Position numbers and translations under genes: made by a program
Assembly: GCA_051294905.1 (NCBI GenBank)
Contig: CM119380.1
Span: forward strand, 558,001-622,000
Length of the DNA: 64,000 nt
Direction of reading: 5' to 3'
DNA from: Botryllus schlosseri
Lineage: Eukaryota
In this document: positions 48,727-60,241 of the stretch, piece after piece
How positions within the stretch are numbered: the first letter of the stretch is position 1
Layout: each line of letters starts with the position of its first letter
Notes under the pieces: generated by a model
The model's input: the letters and a program-made list of their open reading frames with translations, nothing else
The model's database searches: none
What the model was told of the DNA's origin: nothing

Positions 48727-48945
48727 ATGTTTTCAATCGTGAATATGGATTCCGAGTCCACGTCAAGTCGCGTTAATGAATTCAAACTCGAATTAAAAAA
48801 TCAGTGTGTATTTGTACAATTTTTTATGTTAGTCGGAATAATCATTGTTTCATTATATCAAATTTCTGTGAAACCCGATCGTGAAATATATTTAACGCTG
48901 TTATCGAGCTGTCTAGGATATTTATTGCCGCATCGTGTGCGCTGA
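48727..48945 (+). CDS. Small two-TM Polinton-associated protein (72 aa)
   Basis: VFVQFFMLVGIIIVSLYQI...IYLTLLSSCLGYLLP, positioned directly after the integrase. Confidence 0.6.
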   Translation: MFSIVNMDSESTSSRVNEFKLELKNQCVFVQFFMLVGIIIVSLYQISVKPDREIYLTLLSSCLGYLLPHRVR

Positions 48946-48957
48946 AAATACAATAAA

Positions 48958-49740
48958 ATGTTGCTAACTTTACCGTCTAACGCTAGTATGTCAATTTTTG
49001 AAAATACCGCGTCAGATTTCGAAACGGAACTCTAGAGCAAAATAGAAATGCCACAAAACATGGCAGGCCTTAGTGAGATAAGTTTTGCAAACAATTTCGA
49101 ACCTCGAATTGAAGTCGCAAGAAATACAATAGGATTCAGATTTGGTGATGAAAATTCAGGTGTCAAGCAATATTATATTCCAGAGGGGTCATGTCACAAT
49201 GTCGCGGAAATGCTAGAATCTTTTGAAAAATACTATATGGGTGAAATATTCATCGCTCAAGGATATGATGAGTTTAGAATCGCTTTTCGGTATTTATCAT
49301 CACACAGAGTTAGACACGCGCGAAGTATATCGACAAATAATGACGTCGGGGGTATGATTACAACATCGAGAGACCTTAACACCGAGAAATCAATAGAGAC
49401 TGACGGATTGTCACATATTGGTCCAGTGTTGAAAAAAAGTAGTTTTTAAGCGCGTTTATGCACCACATTCCACTATGCCGATAGAATTCATATTTTCCCC
49501 CGCTGTGAAATTACATCGCTTCGATCAAATTTATGTCTATTCTGATTTAATTCAACCAAGACCCCATGGTTATCAGTGGCTGTAACATGTGAACCAAACC
49601 AGAATCAAACTAGTGTCTTTCATAAACGATACTTTTTCCCGTTGACAAAAAACAATTTTCACCGTTACGTGATAAATTCGGTAATCCAATTAAATTTCAA
49701 AAAGGACCTGTCACTGTCAGTCTTTTAATCCGCCGAAAAG
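48958..49740 (+). pseudogene. Minor capsid (penton-type) gene, copy 1
   Basis: MLLTLPSNASMS...GLSEISF, IYVYSDLIQP, GNPIKFQKGPVTVSL. Contains stops and frameshifts. Confidence 0.7.
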
Positions 49741-49775
49741 CTGTGGACTCGATATGACATACGTCACAATTTCTG

Positions 49776-50420
49776 GTGATCACGGGGAATTCTCAGTTGA
49801 CCTTACCAAGACTATCTATCATTTGCAATGAAATCTCACTTATGGATATTAGCTTTAATGCTGAGTTGAACAATAAAATTATAATTGAAAGTGATGAAAA
49901 TCTTTGGGAGTATCGTATTTCACAGCAATTACTTGATACATACCTTGCTCCTATTGGAAATTATGCTACCCCGAAACAGTTGATGCATAGGATTTTATTT
50001 GAAAGATTTGCAGATACTACTGTTTATAACATAGAGAAAATCAGTGGAGAACTATTCCGAATTCTAACTCCGATATATATTACAATCCATCCTGGTGGTG
50101 TTCTAGAAAAATATTTCAATGTCACCCGCGACCTAACATCATTAATCAGGTGTAAGCCAGTGTCCACTGAGATAAGATATCTTTTTGTTTATTGTAACGC
50201 AGTCAAGCATCGTCATGTGGGTGATTATATGAGTCAACTACTTCGCGTTATTCGAATCAAAATCACTCCTCGTTGCCGCGAAGATTTCATTTATGAGAAA
50301 CCGATATATTTTCCAGTATCAACAAACTACATCCAGAATATAAAAATCTCCATTAGGGATCAATTCGGTCAGTTGATCGAGTGTATGCACACTACATTGA
50401 CACTACTTCATTCACGATGA
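49776..50420 (+). pseudogene. Minor capsid (penton-type) gene, copy 2
   Basis: LFVYCNAVKHRHVGDYMSQLLRVI...PIYFPV...IKISIRDQFGQLI. Confidence 0.7.
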
Positions 50421-50805
50421 ATTTAACGCTGACCAATTCTGGGAATGGTATAGGTTTTCAACACTCGCTGTCCACTGTTAACGAAATCTCTACTACAAGA
50501 TGCCGAGAAGTAGCGCCTATGGAAATGAATCTGACGTTGACCGAACCTAGGCCAGGCCGATTTTGTTTGTTTATTGTAATATTATCAACCCATGTTTGGT
50601 CGGAGACACATTAGCCAATTTACTCCGTTTCATCCCGTTACAAAATAACACCATGTCACAAAATTGGATAACAACGAATCCATATTATTTTCCGATCTCG
50701 CAAGATGTAATACACTCCGTTTGTATTTCACTGAGAAATGAATTTGGTGACCCTATAAATATAGACAACCAATCATTACAAGTCGTATTTAACATTAGGC
50801 AGCAA
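50417..50805 (+). pseudogene. Minor capsid (penton-type) gene, copy 3 (short)
   Basis: MNLTLTNS..., FVYCNIINPCLVGDTLANLLRFI...PYYFPI...ISLRNEFGDPI. Confidence 0.65.
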
Positions 50806-50809
50806 ATAG

Positions 50810-51170
50810 GAAAGTTGCGTACACCTGCGGTACACAACCATTATAATCAATCAGGGAATGGATTTGGATATTTCGTCGGTGGCCACCAGACAGGGTCTGG
50901 AATTGGTAGCTTGTTTAAAACTCTCGGTCGTTTCGTGGCCCCTGTTGTGAAATACGCCGGCGGACAATTGTTACGCACCGGCGTTGAGATAGCCAGAGAT
51001 CTTTTGAACGGACACTCCATTAAGACCAGTACCCTCAAAAGAAGTAAGCAAGCTGGAACTCGCGTTATTTGATCGAATTTTGAAACCCACCAATGGTATA
51101 AAAAGAAAGAAAACTACTAAATCAAACACTTCTAAGAAGCGTCGTCGCAAAAGAGAAGCACATCTTCGAT
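50810..51170 (+). pseudogene. Gly/Arg-rich Polinton core-like protein
   Basis: HYNQSGNGFGYFVG.HQTGSGIGSLFKTLGRF...GVEIARDLLNG...KRSKQAG, with a basic tail KKRRRKRE. Confidence 0.65.
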
Positions 51171-54100
51171 TAATATATTGATGCATGCAGATTCCCTAGA
51201 ATGTCATAATAACGGATTAAATATATTGAGTGTTCCTCATACCCAAACCTCGATAGATAATTCACAATATGACATCGTTAAACTACACAGTGTGGGAAAT
51301 GTAATGGAAATTTCGGTTCAGATGCAGTAAATACCTACTCTACACGGGGAACACTGTTTGAAATTCGAGAGAATGGTTGTAAAAGAAGTGTGTTGTGACG
51401 AGGCAAATAATTTATTGAAGTTTACTTGAACTTATATGGAACAAATGAATTTAATACCACCAAAATTTGACGTGTAAGCGTAAAGAAAATGGTGGAAATG
51501 TAGTGTAGAGTAATCTGAACTTGAGGGTATTAATGTAGTGTACGTATAACAAGGATAATTGCTAGAAACAACCATAAATTGCCAGAAGAATAATTCGTCG
51601 GCCATTTTAAATAAAGCGGAGTTTGAGGTCGACAGCGGTAGCCTATGATTCACGGCAACCACATATTTCAAAATAACGGTTAGCGCTTGATGCGATGCGA
51701 ATTCAGGAAGTTATAAGGAGCCGAGGCCGAATCGTGACACTTAGTCATTTCTGCTCGTGCACGAAGTCGTTATAATGGGTCATTTATAATGATGAGGGAG
51801 ATTAACTCGCACACGAAGCTGTGCCATTTTGGTAGCTGATAGAGCCGAAAACAATTGGTTAATGAGTACGGCTGGTCCACGAACTGTGATTCATAAAGAA
51901 TAAAGAGAGAATAACTTGTCACGAGCTAGGTCCGAAATTAATTACCAGCTATTAAGTAAAGGAAGTCTTAGTTTTTTTTTAATCAGAAACCCATATAATC
52001 CGCTGCGCAACACAGTCTAATTCAGTCCGATCTGGACTCGCAACACGGAGCAGAAGGAATTGAAGCTTAGAAAGGACACAGGAGCAAGGCGGCCATCCTT
52101 GCACCGAGGCTACGGCAAAGATCACAGCGCTGAGTTGAGTACTTTATAAATATTGCGTGTCCCATGTAGCGGTAGCTAAACGTAGTTGCAGACGTGGAAG
52201 GTTGGGGCTTTGCTCGGTTATCTACGCGCTTGAAGTAGTGCGCACCAAATCGCCTTGTGCTTGCACCCTGTAAAGAGAAAATTTAGTACACCGAATATGT
52301 TCCCGATTGTAAAAAGCCGGCCTGTGTTTACTTTGGGTGCCCTTTCGATTACCCTTGAATGTGCGGGTCCTTTCAGTTTGAACTCGAGCCCCTGGGCTCG
52401 CAGATACGAGCAGCCCATGATGGAGGTTACGGGCACAGCTTGCGGGCCATATCTACCCATAGTCCACTCTGAGGTCGCTGTGGAAATCCCGGCAAGTTTC
52501 GCCATAACAAGATTTTGGAATTACAAATTACGGCCGGCATAAAGGCGACCCGGCCTGCATGTATGTATGGAGTTGTGCGTTTTTTTTCGTATCGAACGCA
52601 AGATACTATCATAAGTAATTTGGATTTTTCCGAAGGTTGTAAGATCCTCGTTTGTGGAAACCCGTCGAAGGGGACCCACTTGAAATTAATATATTAATAT
52701 CCCTATTATTAATGCCGCGGCCGCAGCACCTCCAAGACTTGGGAGAGAGGCTTGCGAGCATGTCCGAATTGGGGCCTCTGGATAGAACAGGAAGGCGTGA
52801 AATGATAAAATATTTAATTGGTTAAGGTAGGCTGCCGTTTGTCAAGTGTGGGAATGTGTCTGATTTAGTGCATGCTAATTATTGTTTTTCAATAACCTTT
52901 TTAGGCGATTACTGTCAACAGGTACCCGGGATCATCAATGTCCGAATATTATTATGTAGGTCTATCCTGGGAGACTAGGCTGGGAAATGCGCGGGGTCCC
53001 GCTTGGAGGTGTTGCGTTAACTACGGCGATTTACGAGCGCTGCCGAGCAGACCTTACACTAAGTAAGGAATATGCACCTGCCACCCGGTGGGTTCATATC
53101 AGCTTCAAATCGGAAGTGAGTCAGGTTGAGTAAAATACTTACGGCACGTTTTGGTAGCTGGCAACCTCCAGACGGGCGATTAGTCCCTGGAGCAAAGCCT
53201 TCATTGCGAGCTTGTGAACAGATGCGAGCGACGCGATGGGCTGGGCCTTTATTGTCTCAAGTTCAAGATGGGCTTTGTTCCAAAGCGTATAGTTAGTTAA
53301 CGTATAAGTTAGTTAGGGATAATTCCATTCTTAGATGATTGCACGGCAATCCGGGCCCAGGAACCAGTAACTCGCCTCGGTAGCGGGAAGCCTTACGTCT
53401 ACCGCAAATAGGTGCAGTAGGATCCGCAGAGCAGGCATTGCATAGCCGCTCGCAGGACCACTGTACATATCGAGCGAGTTCTAGGCTACGGCCTGGGGAA
53501 ATTTTGTAGAGCGTAGATAGCGATAGGCTGAACCAAGGACTGTAACGCCCCAGGTTCAATACGAACCCTAAAACCCGCAAGGATGGGTAACAATCTAATG
53601 TTCTAGCGCAGAGCCGGGCCACGTGTGGCCCGCAAGAGAGTTTAAGGTGGCGCGTGTGGTAATTTGCGAAATTAGTAAGATTATTAAGGGTGGATTGCAC
53701 AGATTGTGAACTTGTAAGGCCGACCAAAACTTGATTGGTCTGGCCGCCGCCGTTGAGACGTGATAACTAAAATATCAGTTCCGACGCGTTCCCAGATCCA
53801 TGAGGCGGTCACATTTTGGTGGATCTTCATACACTACTATAAAGCGGAATAATTTGCGATAGATTTATCAAAAGCAAAGATTGTCTACACGCTTTGCCCA
53901 ACACGTTGTCACTCGATTTCTTACTTTTAATAAGGTTACAAAAACGCCTAATGTGTCAGTTTGAGTCGAATTACATTCGCGGTTGCGAGACTAAGTGTCG
54001 TTCGGATTATGCGGCCTCCGTTTGCACTCGCAGAAAGACCTCGAATATGAAAACTAGGCACGAACTGCATTTGTAACTGTGATAATATTCACCCGCTTTT

Positions 54101-57100
54101 TCGACATTCTTTCTCTACAAAATGAGTTCTGACTATTCGGTGCTTTGTTTAATGCGAACGCCAATACAATTGCCTGAAAATTTCAAATGGGCTCTTCTGA
54201 AATGCGATGCAGTTGAATTGAGTGACAAATTTCATACAAAGAGCATATCGACAAAGGGTACGTTCTTGAAATTGGTCTTTATCGCAACTTGAATAGCAAT
54301 GCAAAAGGAATTGCATCAAATTTTGGAAGCTCGTGCGCCTGTGAACAATAGTTGCGAGCAATGAAATTCACGAAGAGCAAGCTAAGATTACGTATTTCTG
54401 ACGTCAATTTTGAATATGGTCTGATTCTTCTTTCATTTGACTCGTTACCAGACCTCGCTGACGTAAGATGAAACGGACTAACTCAAGAATAGCGTCAGAA
54501 ATATACCCACTTGTCGCATTAAGTAATAACAAGGACAAAGTCAAATTGGATTTATTATTGGTACTGCAAGCAGGCGACTCAAACCAGGCTTGGACAACTA
54601 AATAATTCTAGTCGTCTAATCTCACGGAATTAGAGCGAAATGCCAGTAATATAATTCTAATCTAATTTTGAAAAAGCTGCGTAGCTCTAATTCTAATTTT
54701 AACATAATTTGAAAAAGCTGTGTAGCTCTAAATCTCATCTAATTCGGAAAAGCTGAAAATTTTCTAGTAGTCTGGGTCTAACTCGAAATGAAAATATATT
54801 TACCTATATCTGAACGTCACAAGCGCTACTATTCCGGCAAGGTCAATACACTCAATACCATTCTGATCAGGACGTCAATGCCCCTGTGGAGACGCTGTAA
54901 ATGGTCACGGAGCAGCGAGCCAGTTCGTTGGCTACTGTGTCCATTTTGTGTTGTCATGTATATCGGGGCCTTGTGTCGATTTTACGTCCTAGCGCTGAAG
55001 CGCCAGTATAGTTGCCGGCTATCTAATCGCAAACAACAATGTCAACGGATTTCCAATTGCTACCTCGATACCTTTGGTGCTAGACCTTGGAGAAGATCGA
55101 CTAATATTCCAAAAGTTTAGGGCTACATATTGTGATTAATAAACATCGATATCTTGGTCACTAACTAGGATTAATAAAGAAGTATAATGTAACCGGAATT
55201 ACTAGGCCTATAACATTAGGTATACTTCAGGCCAGTACTGCTAATATAAAGACCTTAGAAAAGTAACCCATGGTTGAACTTATCCACACATTCGTTTTTC
55301 GAAACTGATGTGTCGATGATGGAAAATGACACTAGCCTAAAACCCGCTTTGTCCGCGTATTCACTTTACGAAGTGAATGCGCCTGACGAGCGCCATTTTG
55401 TCGCATTGCAATCATTACGTGTATGAACTATGAAAGTTTACTGTATTGGCAAAAATCAATCTGCTAATGGGTATTTCATGTGAGGGTTTACTATGATGAA
55501 TTATTGTATGGTGACGCCAATATTTCCTATTGTGTTCAAGTACTGCATTCACCGTATCTTTGATATCTACGACCCGGTTACTTTAAAATGACACTAACAT
55601 TTTATGTCTTAGATATGGGTATGGGTTAATGACCATTTATTATGTGAATTTGGTTGTTACTAGGCCTACTCTTATTTAATAGCGAGTAGCCTACTACATC
55701 TGTAGGCATCAAGAAGGCATCATAACTGACCCCGCCCCTATACTAGCGTCAGGACCCTTAACCCCAACGGGACAAAAGTTTGTGAAAATTTGATGCGTAA
55801 TGGACCATAGGACAATAGAAACATGGGTATTTAAAGACCTCTTGGGGTAAGGCATTGGAGCATATGTGAGTTCGAAATTCGCAAATAAGCCTAGTCTATT
55901 GCCTATGAAGCACGATATATACGATTGATTAAAAAAGCTTAAGCACACCAATACTGGAAATTAAGGAATATAGCATGATTACAATTGGGATATTGGTTCA
56001 CATATGACTATTATAAGTGAGATGGTATCATTTTGTGCTTATCTGGGACTGTGTCGTATGCGTGTTAAGTGTTAGCTATACCATCAGTTTGCTTTACCAA
56101 AAATGGCGCCACCATTTTTTTCATGCATGCGAGCTTTTACAGTGAGCCGAAGTATGACTGACATGTGTATGCATATCTATGCCATGTATGATGTCCACAT
56201 GAATTGTACACTCAGTTGTAGTATCCAATTATTGCACATAAAGACGACATCGGTGCGTCCGCTAGTTTCGGCGAACTTGTGACTCTATGCCAATGTAAAT
56301 CCGCCAGTCTGAAACAGAGCCCCAAACGAAGCATCCAGTAGCAGACTATATCCAGGAAACCGGACATTGACCGAGGCATTGCGGAAGGGTTTGACGTCTT
56401 TTGAGATTGAAGGGTGATGTTCCGATGTCCCTCTGAAAAATCTTGACATGCTATTGATTGGATCGGCTGCTTGCTGCAGTTGCAAACTATACAGAAATAA
56501 AGCAGTGCGATGAAATGGGAGCGACTGCTAACCGAAATTGCAATGTATATATAAATGAAGAAGCTTGATTATATTTGCTGGAATCGCTCCATAAAGCCGA
56601 TGAGCTAAAGATGGAAAGAGCCAAGAACATAGAGGTATTGCATTCGGAATATCGTTACGACGTACCCTCAACAAACCCCGCGTTCTGTTGGACTCGGAAT
56701 GCCCGATCTCCGAATCGACACGCAAGTACTTGATGATCCTAAGTAGTAACGACTCAAACAAGGGGTCGGTTCCTGGACTAATTGCAGTTTGATATCTGCA
56801 TCTGGAAGACTGGGGAACTCTTATAAACAAGGTGGTCGGCAAATTGGTCAACTTGAACTCTGTGTGGTATTGTTTTTTTGTGGCATCGATTGGCATATTT
56901 CTTGCATATTATATGCATGTATATTGTAGGCAGGAAGTACCGTCACATTTATGGTGTAAACACACCTTGGAGTATTGAACTGTTATTAATCGTGCATGAA
57001 TATGAATAGGTTAAATCTTGACTCGTGTTGTGATTGACGTATGTTCCGTGTGCCAACTTAACCGAGTTTTGCATAGATACTTCATTGCTGTCTGCATGAT

Positions 57101-58292
57101 AATTATTGGAATATGTTGGTTGAATTAAGCCAAGGGGCTTGTCTATTGTATGAATAGTTTGAGCCGCTGGACCTTCCAAGGTCACTGCTTCGTTCGATCA
57201 ATCTGCAACCAATGCTTCAATCAACGTCGACAAAACCGGGTTGTATAAGGGGTGTGGAAAAATGTGGAAAAGCCAGGAGATGGGGTTGAGCTCTGTGAAG
57301 TAAATCGAACCAAGTGTGGAATACTTGCATGGCAAGCGCCATGAAGCTACACTATAATCAAATGGAGGCACCAACTGAAGGTCTTCTGGGGCTCAGCGTC
57401 ATTTCTTGGCAATTTCAGTGGACGGGGGAGAGTCTGAAGACGAACACATCGATTACCTCCTTACTATCTGCGAACGCCAATCTATAAAAAGAAAAGATCG
57501 TCGAAGGATCACAACTGGGGTGCCAATTTTACGGAATTATTTGGTCGCCGGACTTTGTATTTAGTTGACACAACAACAGGTTTTCTGCGCCGACACGGGA
57601 AGCGTCCTCAAATTGAAAAACGTCGTAGAAACCTAATACCCGCCAAGCTGGGAGGAGCGACAACCTATAGACATGAAACTACGTGATATAGGTGACTCCT
57701 CCCACGTTGACTCCTTAGTAATAATCAATTTCGACAGACTATCGGCTCCATTTGCGATCGAGAATGGAGACCTCTCGATATTGTAGGTCTAAAATCGATT
57801 GATCATGTACAACAATTACCAAACATAGCGACCGAATTTGAATCTCCGCCTGATGCAAACGAAGAGTTGTCTTTAGTAACGCTTCATGACGGGATCTCGT
57901 GTGATCAACGGGACGGAACCAAAGTCGGAAGCAGTCTTCGCGACACTGTAACCGATGATGGGTTGATGGAAGCTGCAAATCAAATTAGCGTCGAGCCGGC
58001 ACGTTGTCTGTGTCGCCGCAGGCCGTTGCCGCTGGCGCAAGTGTCGAGATGGTAATCACCACTCGCGCGAAATGTGTCGAGTCAGGAATCCCTGCTGGCA
58101 CCAATCATAAATACGCCGATCTTACGACGGCAACTGTCTTACCTTCTTTCCCAAAAGGTAAAAAAATATGGGAAATCCCTAGTGTTGGGTCAGGTAGCCC
58201 CTGCTGGCACTAGTCGAGAATGTGTCGGGTCAGTTAGCACTGCTGGCACTAACTAAAGATGTGTCGAGTCAGGAATCCCTGACGGCACCATT

Positions 58293-58560
58293 CAGAAGAC
58301 GTCGAGCGTGGAATGCCCGCTGGCGCAAAAGAGGACCAACACGAGAAAATTGGTCCTGAAAGCTTTCGTGGATGCACTTGTCCGAATATCTGTAACAATT
58401 CGGCCCATAGCTTGCATGCGACAGCAACAGAAGACGTCGAGCGTGGAATGCCCGCTGGCGTAAATAAGGACCTGCACGAGAAAACTGGTCCTAAATGCTC
58501 TCGTGGATGCACTTGTCCGAATAACTGTATTGATTCGGCACATAGATGCATGACGACAGC
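58293..58560 (+). repeat. 135-bp coding tandem repeat (2 copies; 45-aa unit with CTCPNxC)
   Basis: EDVERGMPAG...RGCTCPNICNNSAH.. / EDVERGMPAG...RGCTCPNNCIDSAH.. Shorter related CVESGIPAG units occur upstream. Confidence 0.85.
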
Positions 58561-59079
58561 CACAGTCATGAGTACTACTCCAAAAGGTTCAAACAAAGCA
58601 GCTGTTGCCGGTCAACCAGATACATGCCCGGACATGTCCGGCAAGGAGTCTGGGGATTTTAAGATGCACGTCTCCCCAGAAACGGGCCCCGGCGGCGACC
58701 GAATCCGCCGGCGTGACGGTAGGCGTGGGCACGCGCCGAGATCAGAGGTCAGATTGAATAGGTTGGGAATCCCCGCTGACAACGAAGAGCCTCGCCCTCT
58801 CTCCACCAACACCAAAACCCCGTTCATCACGAGATTCGCATTGGGCCAATAACTGCATGGCCCAATTACTATGTAGCCTAACCTTACAGCAAGACACCAG
58901 TCCCAGCGTGAAGACGGAACTCGAAAGTCTCTGGGCACAATCGGTAGCACTGGCGAAACTGTCGTACAAACCTCCTGACTTTTGACTGGCCTAGAAATTA
59001 TCGCCATTCCTGAAGGAGTCTTGACAGCCGTTTATGATCCATTTGCTTCCGAACTTGATAGCCTGCGGGGCCAACTCAG

Positions 59080-59390
59080 CGCCCCCCAATCCATGAAATA
59101 CCAATGCGACATCGGACGTAAGGACCCATCGACTGAGCCTTTCGTTTCTGGCCCTTATAACCTGACGCGGGAGGGTCAGGCGAAGGCACTAAAGGAAGCA
59201 ATAGATATAATACCTGATTTTGGTATTATTGAACAAGGTTTTGCCGAATGAAAATTGGCTATTTTTGTTGTTCATGACAAAACGAATGAAAGACTACAAG
59301 ACAAGGCGAGCCGCACTCGATAGTAACAAGAAAACCCCCTTCCCAAGAAGTGTACATGATCGCTTACTACAGTTAGACGTGGGTAACTCC
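59080..59390 (+). pseudogene. Gypsy/Ty3-like reverse transcriptase N-terminal relic
   Basis: EPFVSGPYNL...ALKEAIDII.DFGIIEQ...AIFVVHDK, then a frameshift, then DYK...LDSNKKTPFPRSVHDRLLQL. This resembles the Gypsy PYR...GIIEPS...VxKK...DYRxLN...YPLP block. No YxDD follows. Confidence 0.5.
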
Positions 59391-59905
59391 AGCGGCGAAA
59401 GCCCATGATCCATGCACTACAACGCTGAAACACCTACTACCCATAGCTCTGGCATGGCGGATGGAAACGACGCTGGTGCAAGTTACACAATCGCAACCGA
59501 TGCATGTAAAAAAAGACAAACTGTGACTGCTCATGGGAGGCAGCAGTTGCAAACTCGCACACGTAACCAACCCGAGGAAACGATGCAAACCAGCGGTGAA
59601 GCACCAATGACAACGCGTGTACTTCCAGTTACCACTGCGGACGCTCTGCAGGACTCCACGGATGACGGCGGAATTGGAATCGGAGCGTACTACCAAGATC
59701 CGGATCACAACCATAAGGCAAGTACCGAAACATTCATTTTGTATTTATCAGGAGACAACAACGACGACTCATCCACGAAGAGTGTCGAACTAATGACTAC
59801 TATCTTGACGTCAACGATGGATGACGCATCGCTATAGACTGGGCAGAAGAACATCAAGGGCTCGAAACGTCCGCACCTGAATATCCCCGACTATCAAGAA
59901 CCACC

Positions 59906-60241
59906 GTGGGAAAGACAACCCCAAAGTCGACTGATTCGAGCTATACTCGACGGCTACACAAAATGGTGAGGATGGAAGGCGGATATAAGGTAGGAGGCTT
60001 ATCTTTCACCGATAGGATGATTATGGAAGGTGCGAAACTGATACCTACACTGGAACCAGTGGCTTTAATAATGGCGGTAACAGGGTTGATTGCTCTGTTG
60101 AGTGTGATATGGGTAAGTTATATAAAGTGTCGTCGACGTAGAACCTTAAGTCGCACTAGGAACACGAGGAGACGAAACGGAGCAGAGCAAAGGATGGCGA
60201 TAAGAGTACTACGGAACACAACGGAGAATTACAGAATTTGA
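59906..60241 (+). CDS. Membrane-anchored protein C-terminus (TM plus Arg-rich tail), preceded by a Thr-rich ORF at 59412-59837
   Basis: VALIMAVTGLIALLSVIWVSYI followed by KCRRRRTLSRTRNTRRR. Confidence 0.55.
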   Translation: MGKTTPKSTDSSYTRRLHKMVRMEGGYKVGGLSFTDRMIMEGAKLIPTLEPVALIMAVTGLIALLSVIWVSYIKCRRRRTLSRTRNTRRRNGAEQRMAIRVLRNTTENYRI

